DNA of 64,000 nucleotides, taken from assembly GCA_002269645.1 (NCBI GenBank), contig NIVC01000103.1, forward strand, positions 803,393 through 867,392, given 5' to 3'. A program made the position numbers and the translations under genes. Source of the DNA: Macrostomum lignano (lineage: Eukaryota). Positions within the stretch are counted from its first letter, which is position 1, and each line of letters begins with the position of its first letter. The notes beneath the pieces are model-generated. The model did no database searches and was not told where the DNA came from. It saw only the letters and a list, made by a program, of their open reading frames with translations. This document shows, piece by piece, positions 50,801-64,000 of this stretch.

Positions 50801-52184
50801 ATGGATTATCTCTTCCCAGTTTTTAATACCCAGGGTGATTCCCTTATGCCTTTCATTATAAGCCCTAACACATCGCTTTCTTGCGATCCCGCATCCACTT
50901 CGTGTGATCCCACACTCCCGTCTATGATCTCACATCCCCTTTCCTGTGATCTCACATCCCCTTTCCTGTGATCTCACATCCCCTTTCCTGTGATCTCACA
51001 TCCCCTTTCCTGTGATCTCACATCCCCTTTCCTGTGATCTCACATCCCCTTTCCTGTGATCTCACATCCCCTTTCCTGTGATCTCACATCCCCTTTCCTG
51101 TGATCTCACATCCCCTTTCCTGTGATCTCACATCCCCTTTCCTGTGATCTCACATCCCCTTTCCTGTGATCTCACATCCCCTTTCCTGTGATCTCACATC
51201 CCCTTTCCTGTGATCTCACATCCCCTTTCCTGTGATCTCACATCCCCTTTCCTGTGATCTCACATCCCCTTTCCTGTGATCTCACATCCCCTTTCCTGGG
51301 GTCCCATATTTATTTCCTGTGATCCCATATCCCTTCCTGTGATCCCACATCCCTATCAGTGATCCCACATCCTTATCAGTGATTCCATATACTTTTCTTG
51401 TGATTTCATATCCCTATCTATATTTCCTATATGTTCCTATAGATCCTATATTTCTTTTATGTGATTCAATATTTCTTTCCTGTGATCCCACATCCCTTTT
51501 TTGTGATCCCATACCCCTATCAGTAATCCCACGTCCCTTTCTTGTGATCCTATATCCCTATTAATGATCGCACATCCCTATCCTGTGATCCCATATCCCT
51601 ATCAGTGATCCCATATTCCTATCAGTGATCCCAAATCCCTTTCCTGTGATCCCAAATCTCCTTCAGCGTTTCCACATTCCCGCCAATGATCCCAAACCAT
51701 TCGAGCCATCCTCTTGCCCTCAGTAACCCCGATTCCCCATTTATATACCCCATCATACCCCATTTTTTTGAAAGTCCCAGAATCTATAGTCAAATGACCC
51801 CCCTACTGCTCACTCGACCAGCAGCCCGACCCTGCCATCCTCAAATGTGAGGCTGGGCATTTCGTAGCGACCCCGGAAGATGCCGTTCTCGCAGCCGCTG
51901 CCCACCATGAAGTAGGGATGGATGAGACCCTCCGAGCTGACGGTGGACACGGTGACCGAGATGGAGCCTTGCAGGTAAGGAGCCGAAGCTGCATCGGTGG
52001 ACAGACAGGCAGTCACGTACTTAGACCGATTATATGGCTGCCGACTGTACAAGATGGAGCGAGCCTTCTCAGTGACAAACCGAAATCTGTACTCTTGCTG
52101 AGGCTGGTCCACGATAGAGGCGGAGAGTTGACATTGAGCAGTCATGCTCTGGTTGTCAGGGGGGCAGCGTCTGCGGGTTGCCAT
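47873..52184 (-). CDS. Rel-homology-domain gene 3 (RHD + IPT-like + acidic tail); 1-nt frameshift in exon 3
   Basis: Exons 52184-51814, 50778-50678, 50591-50464, 50376-50269, 50161-50079, 48350-48113 and 47973-47873. Motifs [42 protein letters not shown] and IVTEAIY. Exon 3 is 128 nt where the phases require 3n. Confidence 0.75.
48380..49990. repeat. ~28-bp minisatellite (AGCAACTGAGGATCTGGGAGGCTGGCCC) filling intron 5 of RHD gene 3
   Basis: Direct observation. Confidence 0.96.
50925..51660. repeat. 22-bp minisatellite (GTGATCTCACATCCCCTTTCCT) with a degenerate tail
   Basis: Direct observation; lies in intron 1 of RHD gene 3. Confidence 0.92.
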
Positions 52185-52319
52185 GACGACTAGATCATTA
52201 TTTATATGTTGACATCTCAATTGAGTCACCTGAAGAACTTAAAATAAAATTCTATTTTTCTGATTCTATGATAACTAGATAGGCCAAATTAGGCATATTT
52301 TCTATTGTAGGTTAAACTT

Positions 52320-53305
52320 CTATGTCAGTCATAAAATTATCGTCATGTCAGGCATAAAAGAAGCGTCATGTCAGTCATAAAAGAAGCGTCATGTCAGGCA
52401 TAAAAGAAGCGTCATGTCAGTCATAAAAGAAGCGTCATGTCAGTCATAAAAGAAGCGTCATGTCAGTCATAAAATAATTGTAATGTCAGACATAAAGAAT
52501 CGTCATGTCAGTCATTAAAGAAGCGTCATGTCAGTCATAAAAGAAGCGTCATGTCAGTCATAAAAGAAGCGTCATGTCAGACATAAAAGAAGCGTCATGT
52601 CAGTCATAAAAGAAGCGTCATGTCAGACATAAAAGAAGCGTCATGTCAGACATAAAAGAAGCGTCATGTCAGTCAATAAAGAAGCGTCATGTCAGTCATA
52701 AAAGAAGCGTCATGTCAGTCATAAAAGAAGCGTCATGTCAGACATAAAAGAAGCGTCATGTCAGTCATAAAAGAAGCGTCATGTCAGTCATAAAAGAAGC
52801 GTCATGTCAGTCATAAAATAATTGTAATGTCAGACATAAAGAATCGTCATGTCAGTCATTAAAGAAGCGTCATGTCAGTCATAAAAGAAGCGTCATGTCA
52901 GTCATAAAAGAAGCGTCATGTCAGACATAAAAGAAGCGTCATGTCAGTCATAAAAGAAGCGTCATGTCAGACATAAAAGAAGCGTCATGTCAGACATAAA
53001 AGAAGCGTCATGTCAGTCAATAAAGAAGCGTCATGTCAGTCATAAAAGAAGCGTCATGTCAGTCATAAAAGAAGCGTCATGTCAGACATAAAAGAAGCGT
53101 AATGTCAGTCATAAAAGAAGCGTCATGTCAGTCATAAAAGAAGCGTCATGTCAGTCATAAAAGAAGCGTCATGTCAGACATAAAAGAAGCGTCATGTCAG
53201 TCATAAAAGAAGCGTCATGTCAGTCATAAAAGAAGCGTCATGTCAGTCATAAAAGAAGCGTCATGTCAGACATAAATAAAGCGTCATGTCAGACATAAAA
53301 GAAGC
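52320..53305. repeat. 23-bp minisatellite (GTCATGTCAGTCATAAAAGAAGC)
   Basis: Direct observation; lies just upstream of RHD gene 3. Confidence 0.96.
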
Positions 53306-53912
53306 GCCATCTTGAACGTAAGAATCGCAAGATGTCAAGGTTCATGGGAATTCCTGAGATGTCAAGTCTGAGAGGTTTTTGCGCACTAACAGTGGGCGTC
53401 TTCTTCTTTTCTAAAGTGCTGTGACAAATTCTTAGCAAACCATAAATAAACAAGGCGAAAAGCAAACTATACCTTGAATAGTTCAAAGAAAAGTACTGGC
53501 GCTTTGGTGTAATTGGTTCGCTGGAGCGTGTTGAAAAAAATAACTTTAAACGCACATACACTGTTGCTACTTAAAGTAGCACAGCATGGTGAAAATAAGG
53601 CGTACGTTTGCTTGAAAGTACATTGTACACAGGAAATTATCAACAAGGATTTGATAATCCTTTAAAATTTGGTCACGTCACAATGTTTAGTCAAAAATGA
53701 GATGATCAAAACGTACAAAATAGTTCAAGTAAATCCCTAGAATATCCTAATAGAATCAATCAGAACAACACGCGTTGTGTACAAGAAGCCAAACTATCAG
53801 TAGGGTAAATAATTCTGCTTTAATATAATAGCAATAATATTGATTTTTCTTAGAAGATAAAATTCCTAACTTTTATGTTGAATTTGAGCACAAAAACTGC
53901 GATTACTGGCAG

Positions 53913-54363
53913 TTAAGGATTACTCAAAAAGGCCATAAAGTCCTCTTCCAGCCCGATGCTGCGCAGAGCATCCACCACAGCCGGGTCACCGGCAGAGTTG
54001 AGATTTTGATCGGCTGCCGCTGGTCTCTTGCGCTTGGACTGCGGCCCTGCAAAGGGACAGTTTTATGGCGGTTTTACAAGCATATTTCAAGGTCAAATTT
54101 CATATTTCAGTTACATGTAAGTCAAATAAATTTCCCCAAAACTCACCAGCATCCTGAGATAGAAACCTGCATCCGCAGTGGCTGCAGCTGTCGGTCAGCA
54201 CAATGTCCAGGCAGCTGTCCACCTCGCTGCGGAGGTCCTTCACAACTAGCTGGCCACGGAGGCGCTCGCAGCTGAAATTGCTGCCGATTAGAGTCTGCCG
54301 CAGGTCTGGCGTCACGATGGAGAGCAGATGCTGCGGGGCGGCGTTGTGGGGGCTGGGTGAGTG

Positions 54364-54411
<48 letters not shown>

Positions 54412-54426
54412 CAAAGACAGACAGTC

Positions 54427-54483
<57 letters not shown>

Positions 54484-54548
54484 GTCAGACAGACAGACAG
54501 ACACAAAGACAGACAGTCAGACAGATAGACAGACACAGTCAGACAGTC

Positions 54549-54605
<57 letters not shown>

Positions 54606-57600
54606 TAGCAAAGTACCTTTTGCACTTTTTCAATCCGAGCCGGCTGACTGAGATCAGTGTCCGGGATGCACAGGCTCACTTGATACTGGCTCTTGTCCTC
54701 GTCTGCAATTTGTAGCGAGGCAAAAATACCTGTATCTACTAAATATATCCATGTAAAACATATTGAGTGATGGAATAGCGGTCTCACGAGGCAGTGGATC
54801 CTTGAAATAGATCCAGACATCTTGACCACCGCACAAGCTGCCTTCCGGAGGCAGCACCGAGTCAATGTTGAGCTTCACCAGCTGCTCTGCGGTTTGATGA
54901 AGACAATTGAAAATAATCAAGTAATTAAGAGAATCTATAAGCTATAGCAGTTTAGACTAGAAGAACTCACTGATATCGGAAACAACATCTGTGACTGCAT
55001 TTGCAAATGGATGAGGACTGGCCTGCAGAGCCCCATTCTTGTCAACAAAGTGCAGCTGGAAAGCCAGTCTCAACTGGTTCAGGTTTCTAGACGTGTACTT
55101 CACGTCTTGCAAGTTCTCTGCAAATGGTTAGCGATTTGGTAACATAAATCTGCATGGGTTATGACGTACATCAGCCCTAACAGGTCATGACCTTAGCCCC
55201 GAGTTTAGTGACCTCACATGCACTTCAATGACCTTTGTAGCATTTTTAGCTAGAGGCAGTACTGCCCATTTCACCGACTCCCCTGAGCAGGCACCACAGA
55301 CCAAGTAATATAACTAGACTGCGCACAGGGGAGAGAGGGGTGTGTCAGTTTCAGTGAAGAAAAAATGGTCCCCCGCGAAACCCCTCTCCGTGATCGATAA
55401 TGGAACTAAAGTTGAGGATTTCCCCACTGGCGCTGCCCTTATACAAGCATTAAGCACCCTATACTGCCTGGCAAATTTTATTCATGGGCACTCTATAGGA
55501 TTCATATGATGCTGCATGTTCGAAAAAAAATTAGCATATATTATTATTTACTTTTCAAGTGGATAAAATGTTAGTTTCAGTAATGAAAAAAATTGACAAC
55601 GAAAGAGAAATTATTGACGAAAACAGCGAGAAGAAAAACTAAATAGCTTGTAATTAAGTTAGCCTTAAGCATGCAAAAGTTCAATTAGCAATGGCTTAAC
55701 AAAATAAGATTAGAAAAGTCCAACAGCAAGGAAATTTTAGCATGCAATATGTTCACAAGTTAAGAAAAATAGCTGTTCTCAGCAGTTTCTGCCTCCTTCC
55801 AGACTTGACAGTGGAGAGATCCTTGGCTACCTTCTTCATGCGCACGTTGATAAAAAACTGGCTGAGAACTCGAATTAGGTGCAGCTTGTGAGATTCAATG
55901 CCGATGCTGGAGACAACCGAATGAGAATCCAGATCACCGAATAGATTGGCAGACAGCCGCAGAATCTCCTGGATGGCGAGTGCGCTCCGAAAGCTGCAGT
56001 CATAGGAGGATCGCCGGATAACATACTCTGCATGCAGAAACACTCGGAATGCATCAGCGCTGGGAAACACAAGTCCTCCGCGGCCTTCGCTATTCGTTGA
56101 ATTCTTTTGCAGGGCAAGGGAGGACGGAAGGTGCGAATCACCAGAATCAGATAAGCTTGAGCTGCCAAGCAGGGCGCAGCGACACGGTGCACAGTCCAGG
56201 ATCTTCAGCACACTGCGAACCACAGCTCCTCCTATATAGTGCACAACGGACTGGCACATCTCGCAAGTTGACAAGGAGCTGCAGTGCTGAATCGAATCCA
56301 CACGCTTTCCAACTGAGTTCAGCACAGGCATAGGACTCCGTAGAAGTTGAGAACTGGAATCCGCTGATGACTGCAAACAAAGTAGAGACAGTTGTACAGT
56401 CTCATCCTGCTGTCTGACGTTGGCACCTGCTGATGGAATGATTCCAGTGCCTGCGTGGACCAGCAGCTGGCGAAAAGCAAATCGGAATTGTCTCGGAGTC
56501 GGGTTGTGATTCCATCCGTTGCGAAGCCGAATAGCGTTAAAAAACAATTCGAGAAAATCTTGGGACAACTTGTATGTCAACAGGAAAAAAAGTCACCATT
56601 TGAAAAAAGAAACTGAGCGAGTGACATCACTGCATGGCTGTTGCTGATAAAGCCGAGAAAGCCAGTTTTCTTTTGAGTGGAAATGATTTTCTGACTGCTG
56701 ACTGTTTCCAGGCTCGCAAGCATACTGATGCAGTCATTGAAGAGAAGGTCTTCCATTTTTGCTCATTGCCAGCTCTCAGGCCCATCTTCAATTTGTAGTT
56801 CACAAGCTGTTTTGAATTGAATGCATCGAACAGATCGTTGATGCGTTCGACAAAGTCTGCGGTTACGAGTACATCAGGATGCTCGAATCCAGGGAATTGC
56901 TTTTGATGGACCCAACGCAGTGAGTCGGCAACAGACTTGCTGAAGAGCTGTGCGGCGAGATAGACCTTCATTTTTAGATTGCTGAAATTAATGTGAAACC
57001 TTCTCAGCTTATTGCCCAGGCGAAGGCCGTGGCGCTCTTGAACTTCCCGTAGAAGGCTCACGTACTGCAATTCAATTCTCCCTCTACCTGGCCACACAAT
57101 CGTTCCAAGTGCTTGCCACTGGTTTCGCAGCAGCTTGAGCATGTGAGCCGCATCCAGAAAAGTTGCAACAGATATCGTCGGGTCGCACGGGTGCTGGAAC
57201 GAGGCCCTAATTTCATCAATTACACCAAGACTTGCGCCAAGGATTCCCATTGCTCTGATATTGTGCTGCGTTCCGTCACACGTGAACGATGCCGCAATGA
57301 TGCCAATCTGATACAAGCGTGCAATAGCCTCTTCAATTACATTAAACAGAAAGTCACTCTTGACGCCATTGACTAAGAAGTAACCAAGAGGCAGCTTCCA
57401 GTTGCTTTTGAGTCCAACGGCCATAATTACAAGCGAAGAGGTGGCCTCTTCTTCAGTCACTGCTCCGTCGCCCTTGTCCACGTAGCCAAAGAATTTGCCT
57501 TCACAGGAATTCCATTCGATCAGCTTCTCAAGCGACATTTCATCCACATTACAGTAAGCAAATGCTTCTGCACCAGGCGAGTTGCGTCGTCTTGAAAGCT

Positions 57601-59979
57601 CTTGGAAAGATGATTCGCAAAATCCGGGGAGACATTTGACATTTGATGTCCATCGGCGAAGTGTAGCAGGATGAGGAAGTTGAAAGTATTTACGGACATA
57701 CTGGTACGCCTTTGCACTGTAAAAGTGCAATGTCGAGGCAAACTTCTTTACTTCAGGAGAGAATTTCTTTGAGCGCGTATTCTTCTGGGACACCAAACTG
57801 TTAAGAAGAGAGTTGGATGCCAGAAAGTTCAGTCGCGAAGCCTCAGTTGCAGAAAGGACATTCTGTCCCTTTAGCGACGTGATCAGCTGAAGCAGTGATT
57901 TCGCCTTACTTTTTAAGCGCGAATTCTTGGACCGCAGACGGCGAATGCTTCTATATTTTCTCTCCAGTTGCTCACGCGCAAGTTGCAAAGAACGGGTCAT
58001 TACTTTACAATCGTCACTTGCCTGTGTAAGCCTCCTGTACCGGCGCCGAAGATTTCTCAAAGACTTTACTTTCTTGTTAAATAGCTCCTTATTGACACAG
58101 TTTTGGTGGCAGTCATCAGCGGGTGCGGCCTCAGATTGAGCCGTCGCACTTTCCTCTTCAGCCAGCTGTGAGGGCGCATTTTCCTCGGCATCCTTGATGA
58201 AGCTTGAGAAGTCGATTTGGCCAGCAGCAGCCGAAGTCATTGTCTTTCTCGTCTTCGCAGGAATGCTACTCAAATGACTCGGAAAGCCGGGAAAAATGGA
58301 GGGCACTGCTTCCGGATAGAGTCGCTTCCGTTCCAATGGCCGAAATACTTCTAGAGGCTGCACAAAACACTCTGGAGTAAAGTGCTCAGAGCACACCTTG
58401 GAATGCTTTGAAGGTTTGAAATCTTTGCGGCGGAGAGCAGCTATCCATTTTTTCTTAACATCATTGTCCTTCGGGAAGGAGTGAAATGAGATTGCTGACG
58501 AACTTGAGGCCTTGTTGCTACAACCAAATGCTGTGCAGAAGTGACTGTTTCCTGGCTTTTTAGCTTGCTGTATCGTATGCTGATTGAATTATTTTTTTCG
58601 CTACAGATTCATCAGTTTTCTTAATTCATCAACCATATATATATTTCATTTGTACTTAGCAGTCAGTACAACCATATGTGAGCTTGATGAGATTTTAGAC
58701 AGAAGAACTGCGTGGGGACCCGGGCACCCCACTACCCCACTGTTCCATTATCGATCGGGGGGAAGGAAAACTGAGGGTGCCATTTCCTCTATGACAAACA
58801 AGACACGCACCCCTTAGTGTGGGGAATACCGGCATGCGCAGTTTAGTTATATTACTTGGTCTGTGGCAGGCACACACTCACACAGAAGTTTATGGCATGT
58901 AAATTTCACTGTGCCTTGGGGGTGGGGCCAAGCCGAGATTCCAATTCAGTCCCCAGATTAATGCGACTGCACTTTGGAATCGATATCGAGCCTGGGCCCC
59001 TGGTACATCAGACCACTGGGCAACCCCAAGATGCCCTTCGGTGACACCCGGTCGCTTTTATTGCACATGCTTGAGGAGCTATCAGCTAAATGAACTCAAT
59101 GCAACTCACTTCCATATGGATTGAAGCCGAGTTCGTTGCGTTTCCTTATTGCGGTAGACAATTTTGCGCCAAGTTTGCCAACGCAAATTAGCGAAACCTT
59201 TTCTAAACTGAAATTTAGAATGAAAATTATCCAGTGTTATATATTTGGATACATATCGGCTGAGGTTTAAAATCTTTAATTGATAAATTTTTGATACATA
59301 TTGGTAAGGTTAAAAAATGAATTGATTAACCTTTGATACATATCGGTTGAGGTTTAAAATCAAATTGATAAACTTTCGATACATATCGGTTGAGGTTTAA
59401 AATCTTATTAATAAACTTTCGATACATATCGGTTGAGGTTTAAAATCTAATTAAGATTAATTAACTTTCGGTACATATTGGTTGAGGATTAAAATCAAAT
59501 TAAGAAACTTTCGATACATATCGGTTGGAGTTTAGAATCTATTTGAGACTTTCAATTGAAATTTTCAATATATATCGGTGATGTTAAAAATAATTTATAA
59601 ACTTTCGATACATATCGGCGCACTAAAATTCAAAACCAATTACAACAAACCTGACAGTCATCTCAGTCGCCGTAACAGGGCGTCGATAACAAAACAGGCC
59701 GTTTGGTTCGCAGTTATCCCCAGCCATGTAGTATGGGTGAGGATAGAACTCGGGATTCACTGTGCCACCTAGAACGACAATCTCTTTATGCCTGTCGGGA
59801 TCCAGGCCAGTAATCCGCAGTCGGACACAGCTGGATTTTCCACCAGACCGGCCATACAGCAGGCCGCCCAGACGGCTGCCCGGAGCCTCAGACTCGTAGC
59901 GAAATCTGTGATGACTGGCCGGCTGCTCCAGTACAGAGATTGACGGCCAGTCACAGGGCTGCTGCTGCTCTGCCGACAT
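53913..59979 (-). CDS. Rel-homology-domain gene 2 (RHD + IPT-like + KRKR NLS), 358 aa, intact
   Basis: Exons 59979-59651, 59207-59110, 55117-54971, 54886-54788, 54702-54617, 54330-54147 and 54046-53913 give 1077 nt in frame. Motifs [58 protein letters not shown] and SKRKR. Confidence 0.88.
54362..54605. repeat. (GACA)n microsatellite filling intron 5 of RHD gene 2
   Basis: Direct observation. Confidence 0.96.
55295..58865 (-). mobile_element. Full-length P-superfamily (THAP-domain) DNA transposon
   Basis: 31-bp TIRs CACAGACCAAGTAATATAACTA(G/A)ACTGCGCA with 1 mismatch. Exact 8-bp TSD GCAGGCAC at 55287-55294 and 58866-58873. Internal inverted 15-mer GATCGATAATGGAAC at 55392 and 58742. Confidence 0.95.
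55753..58580 (-). CDS. THAP9/P-element-like transposase with two 1-nt frameshifts
   Basis: [12 protein letters not shown]...CSEHF...AVPSIF, then [41 protein letters not shown] and [17 protein letters not shown]. Single bases are missing near 56757 and 56587, at or next to homopolymer runs. No in-frame ATG was found (possibly ACG near 58577). Confidence 0.85.
59240..59620. repeat. Degenerate ~52-55-bp repeat (TTTCGATACATATCGGTTGAGGTTTAAAATC core) in intron 1 of RHD gene 2
   Basis: Direct observation. Confidence 0.8.
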
Positions 59980-60039
59980 GTGGCATGAGTGGAATGGGAT
60001 TGATTCTGTCTGATGTGATAGCGCTCCATCTGAGGTCAT

Positions 60040-60365
60040 AAACTTTCATCTTGTGGTCATGATCCCTCGTTTTGAGGTCATGATCCTTAATGTTGAGGTC
60101 ATGATCACTCATGTTGAAGTAATGATCTCTCATGTTGGTCATGATCTCTCAGATTAAGGTCATGATCCTTCATGTTGAGGTCATGATCGCTAATGTTGAG
60201 GTCATGATCACTAATGTTGAGGTCATAAAAGATCGCTAATGTTGAGGTCACGATCGCTAATGTTGAGGTCATGATAGCTAATGTTGAGGTCATGATCCTT
60301 AATGTTGAGGTCATGATTTTTAATGTTCAGGTCATTATCCCTCATGTTGAGGTCACGATCCCTCG
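60040..60365. repeat. 21-bp repeat (ATGTTGAGGTCATGATCnnnn)
   Basis: Direct observation; immediately upstream of RHD gene 2. Confidence 0.88.
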
Positions 60366-60827
60366 CGTTAAAGGCTATATATTGTGCTCGAGATACTAAA
60401 TAGTGACGTCATGAAGGTACAGTTTACGGCTTTCTTGCCGATTTAATAAAGCTAATCAAAGCGATTATAAACAAAAAAATAAGTAAAATTTAACAGTCAG
60501 CCAATTATGTGGACTGAATATAAGTTAAAATGTTTTAATGTTTATTTTTAAAGACAAAAACAATTTTACACATGACTCGCAAATAGTAAGTTAAGCATAA
60601 TAATTTGAATAAAAATTTACCTGGTTCAAACAAAAAGTGATAAGTAAAAGTGATGTTTTCAAAACCAGGTTAACACATTTTATTAATGATTTACTAGAAC
60701 GGCTACGGGACCTGTTACAACTACAGTAAAAAATAGGTTCAAGCGAAAATTGTTAGAGCTGGGAAAAATGCACTTGATTATTCTATTGTGTAGTGCATTC
60801 TGCACTTAGTTGTCTGGAAAAATCCCC

Positions 60828-61353
<526 letters not shown>

Positions 61354-61610
61354 CCCAGTGAAATGAAATTCTAACAGACGATTCGGGCTGAGAAAAGCTG
61401 TACAGAGAGAATAGAGTTAGCTACATAGGCGATCTCTGCTTACAAAGATTAGTGAATCAAACAACAAATAGACAAGCTCGGGCCGAGACTCGTCTGATCA
61501 TGTTAAGCTATCGAGATACAGTACAACAGCTTACCTGTAATAACGATTTAAAAGATAACAATAATATACTAGCTGATGCGCATATTGAGTAAGCTACTGT
61601 GAGTAGTGAG

Positions 61611-64000
<2,390 letters not shown>

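Overview
Eukaryotic (invertebrate-like) genomic DNA with spliceosomal introns, GC-rich exons and many minisatellites and DNA transposons. The style resembles free-living flatworm (Macrostomum-type) assemblies, but that is an unverified inference. I reconstructed exons by hand from GT/GC-AG sites and phase. (1) A plus-strand ankyrin-repeat/protein-kinase gene (13789-19000). Its ~17 tandem ankyrin repeats are nearly identical in DNA except at the DARPin-type ligand-binding positions, which are hypervariable and shuffled. (2) Two tandem minus-strand ANK-ANK-kinase paralogues: C (41949-46860) is intact and B (35053-38451) has a premature stop. (3) Immediately upstream and co-oriented lie three tandem divergent Rel-homology-domain (NF-kB/NFAT-like) genes with matching exon phases (47873-52184, 53913-59979, 61611->64000). 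(4) A complete P-superfamily (THAP) transposon with TIRs and an 8-bp TSD sits in intron 2 of the middle RHD gene. Also present: a universal stress protein gene, an FkbM-type methyltransferase gene, two orphan spliced genes, a decayed Penelope-like RT, several MITEs with TSDs, a tRNA-derived SINE family and >20 tandem repeats. The best candidate for a new system is a variable-ankyrin receptor-kinase plus Rel-factor cluster, possibly for immunity or recognition. Several 1-nt frameshifts may be assembly errors.
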